Under the pieces are notes generated by a model. The model saw only the letters and a list, made by a program, of their open reading frames with translations, was not told where the DNA came from and did not search any database. A program made the translations under genes and the position numbers. 64,000 nt of DNA from the human T2T-CHM13v2.0 reference genome, Homo sapiens, in assembly GCF_009914755.1 (NCBI RefSeq), contig NC_060940.1, one strand, 5' to 3'. Each line of letters starts with the position of its first letter. Position 1 is the stretch's first letter. This document shows positions 1-12,140 of this stretch, piece after piece.

Positions 1-122
1 AATATGGTACCATTTACCCATGTTTGTGTTTCAGTCATACATTCTACTTCACAAATATTATGACTCTTATAATATCTTTTTATTATTTTTACTTAAAATG
101 GTCAGTTGTCTTTAACATAAAA

Positions 123-2210
123 TTAATACAGGAGTAAAGCACACTTTATATTAATATATGGGTAAAGCAGACTTTATATTAATACATGAGTAAAGGGGAC
201 TTTATATTAATATATGAGTAAAGCGGACTTTATATTAATACAGGAGTAAAGGGGACTTTATATTAATATATGAGTAAAGGGGACTTTATATTAATATATG
301 AGTAAAGGGGACTTTATATTAATACAGGAGTAAAGCAGACTTTATATTAATACATGAGTAAAGGGGACTTTATATTAATATATGAGTAAAGGGGACTTTA
401 TATTAATATATGAGTAAAGGGGACTTTATATTAATATATGAGTAAAGGGGACTTTATATTAATATATGAGTAAAGGGGACTTTATATTAATATATGAGTA
501 AAGGGGACTTTATATTAATATATGAGTAAAGCGGACTTTATATTAATACAGGAGTAAAGGGGACTTTATATTAATATATGGGTAAAGGGGACTTTATATT
601 AATACAGGAGTAAAGCAGACTTTATATTAATATATGAGTAAAGGGGACTTTATATTAATATATGAGTAAAGGGGACTTTATATTAATATATGAGTAAAGG
701 GGACTTTATATTAATATATGAGTAAAGGGGACTTTATATTAATATATGAGTAAAGGGGACTTTATATTAATATATGAGTAAAGGGGACTTTATATTAATA
801 TATGAGTAAAGCGGACTTTATATTAATACAGGAGTAAAGGGGACTTTATATTAATATATGGGTAAAGGGGACTTTATATTAATACAGGAGTAAAGCAGAC
901 TTTATATTAATATATGAGTAAAGGGGACTTTATATTAATATATGAGTAAAGGGGACTTTATATTAATACAGGAGTAAAGCAGACTTTATATTAATATATG
1001 AGTAAAGGGGACTTTATATTAATATATGAGTAAAGGGGACTTAATACAGGAGTAAAGCAGACTTTATATTAATACATGAGTAAAGGGGACTTTATATTAA
1101 TATATGAGTAAAGGGGACTTTATATTAATACAGGAGTAAAGCAGACTTTATATTAATATATGAGTAAAGGGGACTTTATATTAATATATGAGTAAAGGGG
1201 ACTTTATATTAATACATGAGTAAAGCAGACTTTATATTAATATATGAGTAAAGGGAACTTTATATTAATATATGAGTAAAGGGGACTTTATATTAATATA
1301 TGAGTAAAGGGGACTTTATATTAATATATGAGTAAAGGGGACTTTATATTAATATATGAGTAAAGGGGACTTTATCTTAATACAGGAGTAAAGGGGACTT
1401 TATATTAATTCATGAGTAAAGCGGACTTTATATTAATACATGAGTAAAGCAGACTTTATATTAATATATGAGTAAAGCAGACTTTATATTAATATATGAG
1501 TAAAGGGGACTTTATATTAATACAGGAGTAAAGCAGACTTTATATTAATATATGAGTAAAGGGGACTTTATATTAATATATGAGTAAAGGGGACTTTATA
1601 TTAATACAGGAGTAAAGCAGACTTTATATTAATATATGAGTAAAGGGGACTTTATATTAATATATGAGTAAAGGGGACTTTATATTAATACAGGAGTAAA
1701 GCAGACTTTATATTAATACATGAGTAAAGGGGACTTTATATTAATATATGAGTAAAGGGGACTTTATATTAATACAGGAGTAAAGCAGACTTTATATTAA
1801 TATATGAGTAAAGGGGACTTTATATTAATATATGAGTAAAGGGGACTTTATATTAATATATGAGTAAAGGGGACTTAATACAGGAGTAAAGGGGACTTTA
1901 TATTAATTCATGAGTAAAGCAGACTTTATATTAATACATGAGTAAAGCAGACTTTATATTAATATATGAGTAAAACAGACTTTATATTAATATATGAGTA
2001 AAGGGGACTTTATCTTAATACAGGAGTAAAGGGGACTTTATATTAATATATGAGTAAAGGGGACTTTATCAATACAGGAGTAAAGGGGACTTTATATTAA
2101 TTCATGAGTAAAGCAGACTTTATATTAATACATGAGTAAAGCAGACTTTATATTAATATATGAGTAAAGCAGACTTTATATTAATACGTGGGTAAAGGGG
2201 ACTTTCTATT
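123..2210. repeat. AT-rich 28-bp minisatellite, about 74 copies (TAATATATGAGTAAAGGGGACTTTATAT and variants)
   Basis: Period 28 (aaggggactt at 361 and 389); variants ggggac/gcagac/gcggac and tatatgag/tacaggag/tacatgag. Confidence 0.97.
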
Positions 2211-2487
2211 TACTTCATGTTTGCCACCTCCAGGGCTCTTCACGTCTTTGTGTGGATCTGAAATTCCATGTGGCATCATTTCCCTTCAGCCTGAAGGGCT
2301 TCCTTCACATTTATTTATGTACAGTTCTTCTAGTGATTCATTTTCTCAGATTTTGTTTATCTGAATGCTTTATCTCACCTTAATTTTTGAAGGACTTTTT
2401 TTTCCTGCAGAGTGTAGGATTTTGAGCTCACAGTTCTAACACTCTAAAGATACTGTTCCATTGTCCTCTGGCTTGCATTGTTTCTGA

Positions 2488-2795
<308 letters not shown>

Positions 2796-3873
2796 TCTTT
2801 GGATTGTTTTTATGTATCCATCTTCAAGTTTGCTAACCATTTCTTCTGTAGTCCAATCCTCTGTTGGACTCATCTAGTGAATTTTAAATTTTAGATATTA
2901 TAATATTTAGTTCTAGATTTTTTAATATCATTTCCCCTTCCATAGTTTCCATTCTTTTGAGAATCTCTATCTCCTCACTCATGTCTTTCTCTTCTTTTAA
3001 ATCTTTCTCTTTGAATTCCAACATCTGTGTCATCTCTGGCTCTGTTCTATCAACTTCTCTTCTGGTTAAATTTGCCTGCTTCTTTGCATATATAATAATT
3101 TTTATTGTATGCTGAACATCATGGAGGCTATATTGAGAGTTTGGATGATGTTGTCATCTTTAAAGATGGGAAGTTTTGTTCTAGGAGATGGCTGTCAGCT
3201 TGAGTTTAGACTTTGCGAGGGCAGGTTCTCAAGCAATCCTTAGCCTGTGGCTAGGATAGTCCTCCTGAGACCTGCCTTACTGGGGTTGTCAGCGAGGTCT
3301 TTCCACTCAAGCTGTTTGGGTCACACAGTGTCTTCCAGCACTGTTTTACCTCCAAACTCTTTCCTCCATGCAAAACGCTTTGTCTTGGCCAGGCCTTGTG
3401 AAGTCCTTCCTATACGGCTCAAGGGAACTCCTGTACAGATTCCTGGGCTCCTTTTCTTTGCACAGCTTCCTCCTTTCTGTTCGCCGCAAGTTGCGGACAC
3501 CTCGGCAGCCCCATACTCCCCGCTCTGCTTCTCTGCCTGTTGAGACATCTGTGCTGGGTTGAGTCCCCACTTCCTTGTCCTGTGGTTTGGAAAGTACCTC
3601 CCAGCAGAAAGCTTGGGTGCACGTGGAAATATCTGTTGTGCAGTGCCTGAAAACAGTTCATTTACATTTCATCCAGTTAAACAATTGTTTATAGAAGGAG
3701 GATGAGCCTGACGGACACCCGTGATTTTTATCATGGCTGGGAGTGGACGCCATGCCCTGCCTTGGCAGCATCCTGCCTTCCCACTTGTAGTGCCGTTCCC
3801 ACCACACCCTCAGTCCCATCAGAGCCCCTCGTTCCTCCTGGCCCCATCCACACGCTACATCTCAGTAATGCGT

Positions 3874-4040
3874 CCCTGATCTGCACTCTGAGCCTCACCC
3901 GTCCTCCCCTGATCTGCACTCTGAGCCTCACCCGTCCTCCCCTGATCTCCACTCTGAGCCTCACCCGTCCTCACCTGATCTCCGCTCTGAGCCTCACCCG
4001 TCCTCACCTGATCTCCGCTCTGAGCCTCACCCGTCCTCAC
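3874..4040. repeat. 33-bp minisatellite, about 5 copies (CCCTGATCTGCACTCTGAGCCTCACCCGTCCTC)
   Basis: Direct tandem copies; 11-aa period in ORF track. Confidence 0.95.
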
Positions 4041-4301
4041 AGGCGTCTTCACTGCTTGTGTGCCCTCTGAAAATTCTCTGTGGCATCTGGCACAACGTGG
4101 CTTCAACAAAGGTGGATTTATCTGAATTGGGGCTGAAGCAGTGGGAACTGCTCTCACGAACCACTCCTGGTCTTTCAGTTGGGCCAGAGCCGGCATTTAA
4201 AGGCGTGGAGGGGAGTCTGGACTGTCAGAAATTCAACCTCTTTATTTTCTAGATGAGGAAATGGATCCAGAAAAGTTTCATAATGTATTTCAATTATGTC
4301 A

Positions 4302-4612
4302 TTTATTTATTTATGATTTTTTAAAATTTTGAGAGGGAGTTTCACTCTTTTTGCCCAGCCTGGAGTGCAGTCGTGTGATCTCAGCTTACCGCAACCTGCA
4401 CATCCCAGGTTCAAGCGATTCTCCTGCCTCAGCCTCCTGAGTAGCTGGGATTGCAGGCATGTGCCACCATACCGGGCTAATTTTGTATTTTTAGTAGAGA
4501 TGGGGTTTCTCCATGTTGGTCAGACTGGTCTCGAACTCCCAACCTCAGGTGATCCACCCACCTCGGCCTCCCAAAGTGTTGGGAGTACAAGCGTGAGTCA
4601 CTGCGCCCGGCC
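4302..4612 (-). mobile_element. Alu (AluSp/Sq-like)
   Basis: Full dimer in antisense with (TTTA)n flanks; tctccatgttggtcag segment. Confidence 0.95.
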
Positions 4613-4639
4613 TATTTATTTATTTATTTATTTAAAGTA

Positions 4640-4900
4640 TCAAACAGCAGCCATGAGTTAGGCTCTGGGGATACAGAGAAATTGCTTTGCCCTCAAAAAG
4701 CTCTGAGATGGTAGAGTGGGGGAAATAGAGGAATAAACGAGTGGCATCCACTCAGGACCCTGCGTGGTGTGAGCTTGCCGGGGAAAGCCTGGTACAGGCA
4801 GGGAAGACCTGGAGGAAGGCAGGGAGGCTGAGCTGTGAGGTCATCGGGAGAGGGCCAGGAAGGGGCACGTCCATGCCACCGGGAGAGCATGTGGAAGGGC
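4640..4900 (-). mobile_element. Degenerate L2 fragment
   Basis: taggctctggggatacagagaa...ttgccctcaaaaagct resembles the antisense L2 3' region. Confidence 0.45.
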
Positions 4901-5514
4901 CCCAGGGGCCCTGCGAGGACAGTTTTGAGGGTGCACGTGGTGCCCTGAGGATTTGGGGCAAGGGCTGGCATGGGAGGGTGAACTCGATGGGATGGCAGTG
5001 AGGAGCAGCAGGAGGTTCCAGGCCAGGGCAGGGTGATCCAGTGTGTTGTTTCTGTCCAGCCACCGTGGCTGGACAGGCCAGAGGAGAGGGGGTGTGGGAG
5101 GCAGTGGGCAGCTGGGAGCTCTTCCAGAGAGGGGGTCATGGGATGAAGCAGAGGAGGTGGGCTCTAGGGGGACTCAGGAGGTAGAAGGGGAAGCAGACCC
5201 CCTCCCCACAGCCAATTTGCTGTTCCAAAGCTGAGACCAAGGCCCGAGGGCACCCAGGGAGCGTGTGTGCTGCCATTCACCCTGCATCTGTGCTGGTGCT
5301 CCGGTCGTGGTGCCGGGATTTGCTCTCACTGGTGAGGGAAGAGACTTGGGTTCATGGAGGGGCAGAAGGTGCCATGCCCTGGCTCACACAGCACACGGGC
5401 AGGGCTGGGGCCAGAGCCCAGCACTCGGACTGCAGGCAAGTGCATGGCCTCCCTGGGCGTCCACCCGCACTGCAGGGCTGAGCTGAGCAAATGTTAGTGG
5501 GTGGCCAGAGCTGC

Positions 5515-5850
5515 ACGTGCACACACACACTCAAGCATGGGTTCCCCCCCACAAGTTCACACACACACTCACGTGTGGATTCACCTGCACTCACATGCGT
5601 GGGTTCACCCGCACGCATTCACACACACATGTGTGGGTTCACCTACACTCACACTCATGCTTGGGTTCACCCACACGCACTCACACACACACGCGTGGGT
5701 TCACCCGCACTCACACACTCCCACACGTGGGTTCACTCGTATGTATTCACACGCACACTCACGTGTGGGTTCACCTGCACACACTCACATGCACACTCAC
5801 ACGTGGGTTCACCCACACGCGCACACACACAGAGCACACTCTGGCGCATG
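5515..5850. repeat. CA-rich degenerate repeat punctuated by GTGGGTTCACC
   Basis: Repeated acacacac...gtgggttcacc blocks about 25-35 bp apart. Confidence 0.85.
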
Positions 5851-6499
5851 CATGGACACAGTCAGGCCCGTGCTCTCTGAGGTCCGATGGAGGGCATCGT
5901 TCTGGGAGCTTCCCTGACCCCTGGGTGTCCCGCGCCTGCCCTCTTCAGTGGTGGTGGAGGCCGGGCAGGCCGCGGTACCAGTGGGAGGAGAGGCTGGCTA
6001 TGGAGTTGGTGCCTGGCATTCTTTCCTAGCACACTTGGGGCACCTTCCCTGGCAAGGTCAGGCAGACAGGCCAGGCTAGGCCTCCTGTCAGGGACCCAGC
6101 AGGATGCCACGTAGCAGAGGCACCAGCACATCCCAAACTGGCCGTGCCCACGGCCTCGTGGTGAGAGCAGGGCCACCAGCCAGGAACCAGCATGCTGGCA
6201 GGAGGTGGGAAGAAACTTTGTTTTTGGCTGCGGCCTCCTCTGTCCTGGAGAAAGTGGCCACAGGGCTTGTAGAGGCAGGTGGAGAGGGGCAGGGCCTGTG
6301 TTGAGGCCGGGGGGCCGGGTGTGCCTGGGAGCACAGCCCCCACCTGCTTGCCCCTCCCCGGCCCCCTCTGCTTCACCCGGAGCTCCTTCTCTCCCTCCTC
6401 TGCTCCTGCCCCTGCCGTCCGTTCCTCTCTCTCCCTTCAGATTCATCCTCTCCTCCTGCAGCAACAAAGAAACCACTGCCACCCCCGCCCCCACCGCTC

Positions 6500-6850
6500 T
6501 CCCCAAGACACAATGCGAGACCTGTTTATCAATTTGCCACTCTCTCTCCTCGCCGTCTCTCTCCCCGCCTTGTTCTTTATCTTTTTCTCTCTCCTTCCTC
6601 GTCCCCCTCCCCCTCCCTCCTCTTCATTCTCTCTCTCTCTCCCTCTTGAAAAGCAAGAGAAATGGAAGTCAAGATCTTCTCCTGGTGATAATTATTGAAA
6701 AGTTCAGCACAGAAGCAGACAGCGATGCTGCAGGGGGAGGGGGATATTAAAATGCATGTGCACAGCTTGGCTTTGCAGCAGATGTTGGCATAATTAGAGA
6801 GGAAAAAATTATGAAATTAATTTGCGGTTCAATGTAAATTTCAGTGATGG
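6500..6850. promoter_or_regulatory. Candidate enhancer or conserved non-coding element
   Basis: Non-repeat AT-rich island in GC-rich DNA with TGTTTATCAAT, TGATAATTATTG, CATAATTAG and AAATTAATTT, plus a CT-rich tract at about 6540-6645. Confidence 0.45.
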
Positions 6851-6888
6851 GGGAAAGCTGGGCTCCAGTCACCTCATGAGCACAGATA

Positions 6889-7012
6889 GACATGCACATA
6901 TGCACACACGCACGCACACGCACACACACATGGACACACGAACACACACACACGCACACACGCACACACATGAACTTGCACACGTGCACACACGCACACA
7001 CACATACACGGA
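6889..7012. repeat. Imperfect (CA)n
   Basis: cacacacgcacgcacacg... run. Confidence 0.85.
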
Positions 7013-7789
7013 CACCCCAGCCGCCAGGGAAGGGGTAATTGTCAGTCTCGTGCAAGGAGAGAGGATCTGGCATGAGCAGCAGGGTGCCGGGAGTAGAGGG
7101 TGGGATTCTGCCTCTTAAAAGCTCAAAGGCAGGGGACAGCGCCCCTCCCCAGGGTCCCAGGCTCACATCCTCAGGTACAGGGAGGGTGGCCCCTGGCTTA
7201 GGACTAAGCCACAGGGCTCCCTGAGTGTTCCCCACGCTTCCAGTGTGCAGGGCCCTTCTCCCACTTCCAGCAGGTGAGGACAGGTAGAGGGGTGGACGCC
7301 ACCACACCAATGAGAGGAGAGGAGCTGGGAGGTGAAGGCAGTGCGGGATTTGGAGGAGACAGTGACGTTGGCTGTTCTGGGGGATGTCAGGCCGGGAGAC
7401 GAAAGGAGGTGGCAATGGAGAGTCATGGAAAATTCTGGAACGGGGGCGGTGGGAACGGCGCTGCCTGGGACTCTCGAGCCCCTTGCTCAGAGGTCACCTT
7501 CTTCCAGCTGTCCTCCCTCTGTGGCTCCGAGGTCCTTACTGTTGCTCCCGCCCCCACCCCCAGGCCCCCAGCTTCGCTGAGGCCACACACAGGCAGCCCC
7601 ACCAGGAAACCCTGGCTCTCCCCATCCCCCTCATCCTGCCCTCCACCATTCAGCTGACTGAGGGACCCTCCACACCTCTTTCCCTATCTGCTCCATGAGG
7701 GCCAGGTGGAGGCCAGATGGGGGCTTCCCACCTGCTGCCCGGGGTGCTGTGCCAAGGACAGGAGGAGAGGTCTGTGAATGCAGCCCTGC

Positions 7790-8147
7790 TCTGCCAGTGT
7801 CAGGACACCCACCCTGGCTGAGGAATCACCCCACTGTCCCCCTGCCGGCCTCAGGACAGCCACCCCGGCTGAGGAATCACCCCACTGTCCCCCTGCCGGC
7901 CTCAGGACAGCTACCCCGGCTGAGGAATCACCCCACTGTCCCCCTGCCGGCCTCAGGACACCCACCCCGGCTGAGGAATCACCCCACTGTCCCCCTGCCA
8001 GCGTCAGGACACCCACCCCGGCTGACAAATCACCCCACTGTCCCCCTGCCAACCTCAGGACACCCACCCCGGCTGAGGAATCACCTCACTATCTCCCTGC
8101 TGGCGTCAGGACACCCACCCCAGCTGACAAATCACCCCACTGTCCCC
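7790..8147. repeat. 51-bp minisatellite, 7 copies, each with ATCACCCCAC (SRE-1) or a variant
   Basis: ATCACCCCAC at 7825, 7876, 7927, 7978, 8029 and 8131; ATCACCTCAC at 8080. Confidence 0.96.
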
Positions 8148-9757
8148 TTCGGGGTCCCCAGCCAGAGCCTCAGACTCCGTAGGCTCCATCCCCACCTGCC
8201 AGGTCTCTTCCTTCCTCATCCTGATGCATTCATAGTGCGATGCTAGGCCTTCTCCTCCAGGAAGACTTCCCTGACCACCCTCTGAGGGCAGGGTGCCCAC
8301 AGTCTGGATCAGTCACGGCCGGCTGCATTATCAATGGGGCCTGTGCCCTGCGCAGTCCTGAGCTCGTCTGCGCGGGGCTGCTGGCCTCTAGCAAGGTGCA
8401 CCGGGGTGTGAGGTGCAGGCGGAGAGGTGCGGGCAGGCTAGGGGTTTGCTCCATTCTCTTGGCCGCCTGAAAGTCATCAACGTGGCAGGTTCTCCGCTGA
8501 CCCTTCTGGACCCAGGGAGGCTAGGAGATGGACCCCAAGAACCAAGTGTTAGAGGTTGAGACACCCCAGGAGACGGGCGCTGAGAAACCACAGCCCTGCA
8601 GTGAGTGCTGGGCAGGGAGGGGTCCTGCCTGTCCCCTGTAGTGTCCTGAGCCTGATCTCCACTGTCCTGGGGTGGCTGAGGAGCCCTTCTGCAGGGTGCC
8701 GGACAGCGGCTCCAGTCCTGGTCGGGTCAGTTTTGCGTTTTGGGTGGTGCCCCATGGTCCCAGTCACCCGGCTGTGGCTTCGACATGACGCAGGGTAGGG
8801 GGGTGAATGTGCTTTAAGGAGGCCCCGGCCCTAGGTGGACACAGGCGCACAGAGAAGACAGGGCCCCAGAGGGTCTCAGTGATCTGTCCAGGACCTGGGC
8901 CCGTGGGCTGTGGCGCCGAGGCTGGACACCAGGTCTGTGTGGGCACAGCGTCTGTGCTGCCTACTGTGGACGGGCACAGGCCTTTGTGAGGGTCCAGCTG
9001 GAGGCTCCTTGACCACACCCCTCCTGAGACGCTCCTGGTCCCGTGTGCCCATGATATCCGGGCTCAGGTGGCCACCACCCCCTAAGCTCTGCCCTGGATC
9101 CCACAGTGCTGGCTGCTGGCCCTCTCCGAGGTGCTGAAATGGCGTCCGGCGTCTGCCTCAGATGCAGTGGAGGCCGCTGAGGTCTGGGAGCCTCCACGTT
9201 TTCCGATGTTTGCTTTCTAAAGGGTGAGGAGAGGAGCGTGCGGGGAGGAGCGAGCACCTAGGCACTGTGAGAAGGAGAAATGGCAGAGGCCAGGCTCCTG
9301 GTGGGGCCTGGGTGGAGGGTCGGTGTCTCACTTGGGCTCGCAGCTGGGGAATTTCCAGGAAGGGGCTCTTCCATCTGGCTTTCCCCAAAGCAGCCCCAGC
9401 GGGCTTCCCTCCAGTCCTGGGGGCAGGGGCAGGGGAACAGCCTCTGTGACTTCCTTGCTCTGGATTCTTTGTTTTAATCCCTGTAAATTTACATCCTTAT
9501 TTAACCCTAAAAAGTAGAAGCAGAAAGGGAAGTTGAGGCTGGGTGAGTCTGTCGGCTCTCTGGGGTGGGATCCCATACGTGTGTGTGTGCCAGTGTCAGG
9601 CATGCAGGGGGTGAGGCTGGGCACGGGAATGGGCAGCTCGCAGCCAGCCTGGGTGTGCAGGGCGAGTTTGCCGGGTGGAGGCAGCCGGCCAGTCCTGGGT
9701 CTGTGCACGGCTGGCCAGAGGCGGCCAGTGTGTGCGCTGCTGGCCCACATGAATCCA

Positions 9758-9808
9758 TGCGTGTGTGCATGTGTGTGTGTGTGTGTGTGTGTGTGCGTGC
9801 GCGTGCAT
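9758..9808. repeat. (TG)n microsatellite
   Basis: gtgtgtgt run. Confidence 0.95.
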
Positions 9809-9864
9809 GTTCCTGGGGTGACTCCCAACAGCTCCCATCCCCTCCCCGACTCAGTAAGGCGCTC

Positions 9865-9990
9865 CCATTTTTCTGACATTTGTGCGCCTCACGTACCGGC
9901 AAGAAGTAATTTACTTAGAAGAAATTAAAAGTTCATGTTAATCGCGCACACTGCAGTATGCAAATGAGGAGCGTATTAAGCTCACTGATG
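9865..9990. promoter_or_regulatory. AT-rich island with a perfect octamer (TATGCAAATGAG)
   Basis: ATGCAAAT at 9958-9965; neighbouring TAATTTA, AAATTAAAA and GTATTAAG. Confidence 0.45.
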
Positions 9991-10001
9991 CAGAGACGGA
10001 G

Positions 10002-10100
10002 CCCTCATCAGCACTTAACCCTCTGCACGCCGGCCCCTCATCAGCACTTAACCCTCTGCACGCCAGCCCCTCATCAGCACTTAACCCTCTGCACACCGGC
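10002..10100. repeat. 33-bp tandem repeat, 3 copies (CCCCTCATCAGCACTTAACCCTCTGCACGCCGG)
   Basis: Direct copies; 11-aa period in ORF track. Confidence 0.92.
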
Positions 10101-11488
10101 TCCCCTTCTGCACAGGGTCCAGGCCTTGGAGAGGCCTCCCTGTTCTCAGGCGGAGGGGACGAGCTATGTCTGGAGCCCTCTCTGAGCTCTCTGCAGATGT
10201 CCATCCGGCATGTGCACGGCACCCTGGGGAGAGGCACAGGGTCTGAAACCCTCTCAGCTCCAGTCCGAGGCCATGGGTGGTGACGCTTTGGCCAGGCCCT
10301 GGGCTCTCTATGGGGCAGCCTCCTCAAGACTCCCAACTGGCCTGAGGCCACAGCAGAGAATCCCCAAGGCCTAACATGCCGTGCTCACCACAGAGGGAGG
10401 CTTCGAGGTGGTGGGTGGTGAGGACGAACCCCTTGCGGTCAATGCTGCCCCCGCCGCGCCGGCCATATCAACACCCCTTCCCGGGAAGGGTGGTGCTCGC
10501 CCTGCCTCCTTCCCAAGGTGGAGGTCTGCGGGGCGCAGGTCTCTGTCTGGGGCTGCCATCCACATACGCTGTGGCTCATGTACAGTGACCACCTGCTGCA
10601 GGATGAGACGGTGGCACCCGCCGCTCCCTGAGAGCGGCACTTCACTGCAGCTCAAGGGCCTGCTTCTGCAGTGAGGGCAGAGCCCCAGGGTGACAGTGTC
10701 TCCTGCAGGCCAGGCCCCTCCATGAGGCCAGCATCCTGTGCCCTCCCTGTGCTGTCACCTGCCACCCACGTACTACCATGGACAGGTGTCTCCTCGGAGG
10801 TTCAGAGGGGTAAGTGGCTGGACAAAGTCATGGAGAAATTTCGAGAATCAGAGCTGGCGTCTGGCTGGCTCCTGATGCCAGGCCCTGCCCCGTGGCCTCC
10901 TTGGGTGTTCAGGGGCCCGTGGGGCCATGGGACGTGGTGGGGGCACCTGGCCGCCTCCTTCAGCAAGGAAGAGAGATACAGCAGGGTTCTTCCCAGGCCC
11001 TGGTGGATCTTCCCACAGGGGCTCTTCCTCCCAGCCCAGGAGAGAGGGGTGGCCACAGAAGCCAAAAGAATTTGCCTAAAGCCTCCAAGGCAGCAAGCCC
11101 TGGGTCTCCTGGCCAGATCAGAGGCTCAGGGCTGGCCAGACCAAGGTGTTAGGTTCTGGCCGTGTGACACGGGTGTGGCGCCGCTGTGGCCACCCCGCCA
11201 CACTTCTGGCATCGGGAGCTGTGCCTGCAGCCCCTGACAAGTGGCTGGTAGCCTCTACCCTCGCCTGCCTGCCGCCTGACTTCTTCCTCGGGCACCCGCA
11301 TTGGATGACAGGTCCACACTTACCCAGCTCAGCCCAGCTCACCCCAGAGCAGTGGGGGCGGGGGAGAGAGTCCCCACCCTGTCTCCCCGAGGGGCCTGGC
11401 CCTGGGCTGGAAGCGGGGTTGCCGCTGAGCTGTGGCCATCCCCGGGTGCTGGTTTTCGTGTGATTTCCCCCACCTGTCAGACCTGGGT

Positions 11489-11779
11489 GGTGGTGGTGTT
11501 GTTACAGAGTCTCGCTCTGTCGCCCAGGCTGGAGTGCAGTGGCGCCATCTCGGCTCACCGCAAGCTCCGCCTCCCAGGTTCACGCCATTCTCCTGCCTCA
11601 GCCTCCTGAGTAGCCGGGACTGCAGGCGCCCGCCACCACGCCCGGCTAATTTTTTTGTATTTTTAGTAGAGACGGGGTTTCACCGTGTTAGCCAGGATGG
11701 TCTCGATGTGACCTCGTGATCCACCCACCTCGGCCTCCCAAAGTGCTGGGATCACAGGCATGAGCCACCGCACCCAGCC
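11489..11779 (-). mobile_element. AluY-like element with tail converted to (GGT/GTT)n
   Basis: caagctccgcctcc, cacgccattctcc and ccgtgttagccaggatgg segments; TSD core acctgggt on both sides. Confidence 0.93.
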
Positions 11780-12009
11780 GACACCTGGGTTTTTAATGAC
11801 AGTGAGATGAAGCTGGTTCATGGATGGAAGGCGGCAGCCACTCCAGGGCCAGCCCATGATGTCCAGGCCCCACAGAGGGAACCAGCCTGGCTGGCCTGGG
11901 GGAGCAAGGGCTAGAGCCAGATCCTCTTGACACCCCAAAGCCATTCCCCAAGGGCAGCATCCGCCTAATGGCACTGTCCCTTGTGGGCAGCTGGGGAGCC
12001 TGACCACAT

Positions 12010-12140
12010 CCCGGCTCCACATCCACACACCAGGGCCCCCACCCATCCCCTACAGCCCAGCTCCATGTCCACACACCAGGTCCCCCACCCATCCCATACA
12101 GCCCAGCTCCACGTACACACACCGGGGCCCCACTCATCCT
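12010..12140. repeat. Degenerate tandem repeat of about 46-48 bp, 2.5-3 copies
   Basis: cccacccatccc..tacagcccagctcca.gt.cacacacc repeated. Confidence 0.75.

Noticed and set aside
123-2210. CRISPR-like 28-bp repeat array; NF-kB-like GGGGACTTT
   Set aside because: Units are contiguous with no unique spacers, the context is primate, and there are no cas genes. The kB-like motif lacks the terminal CC.
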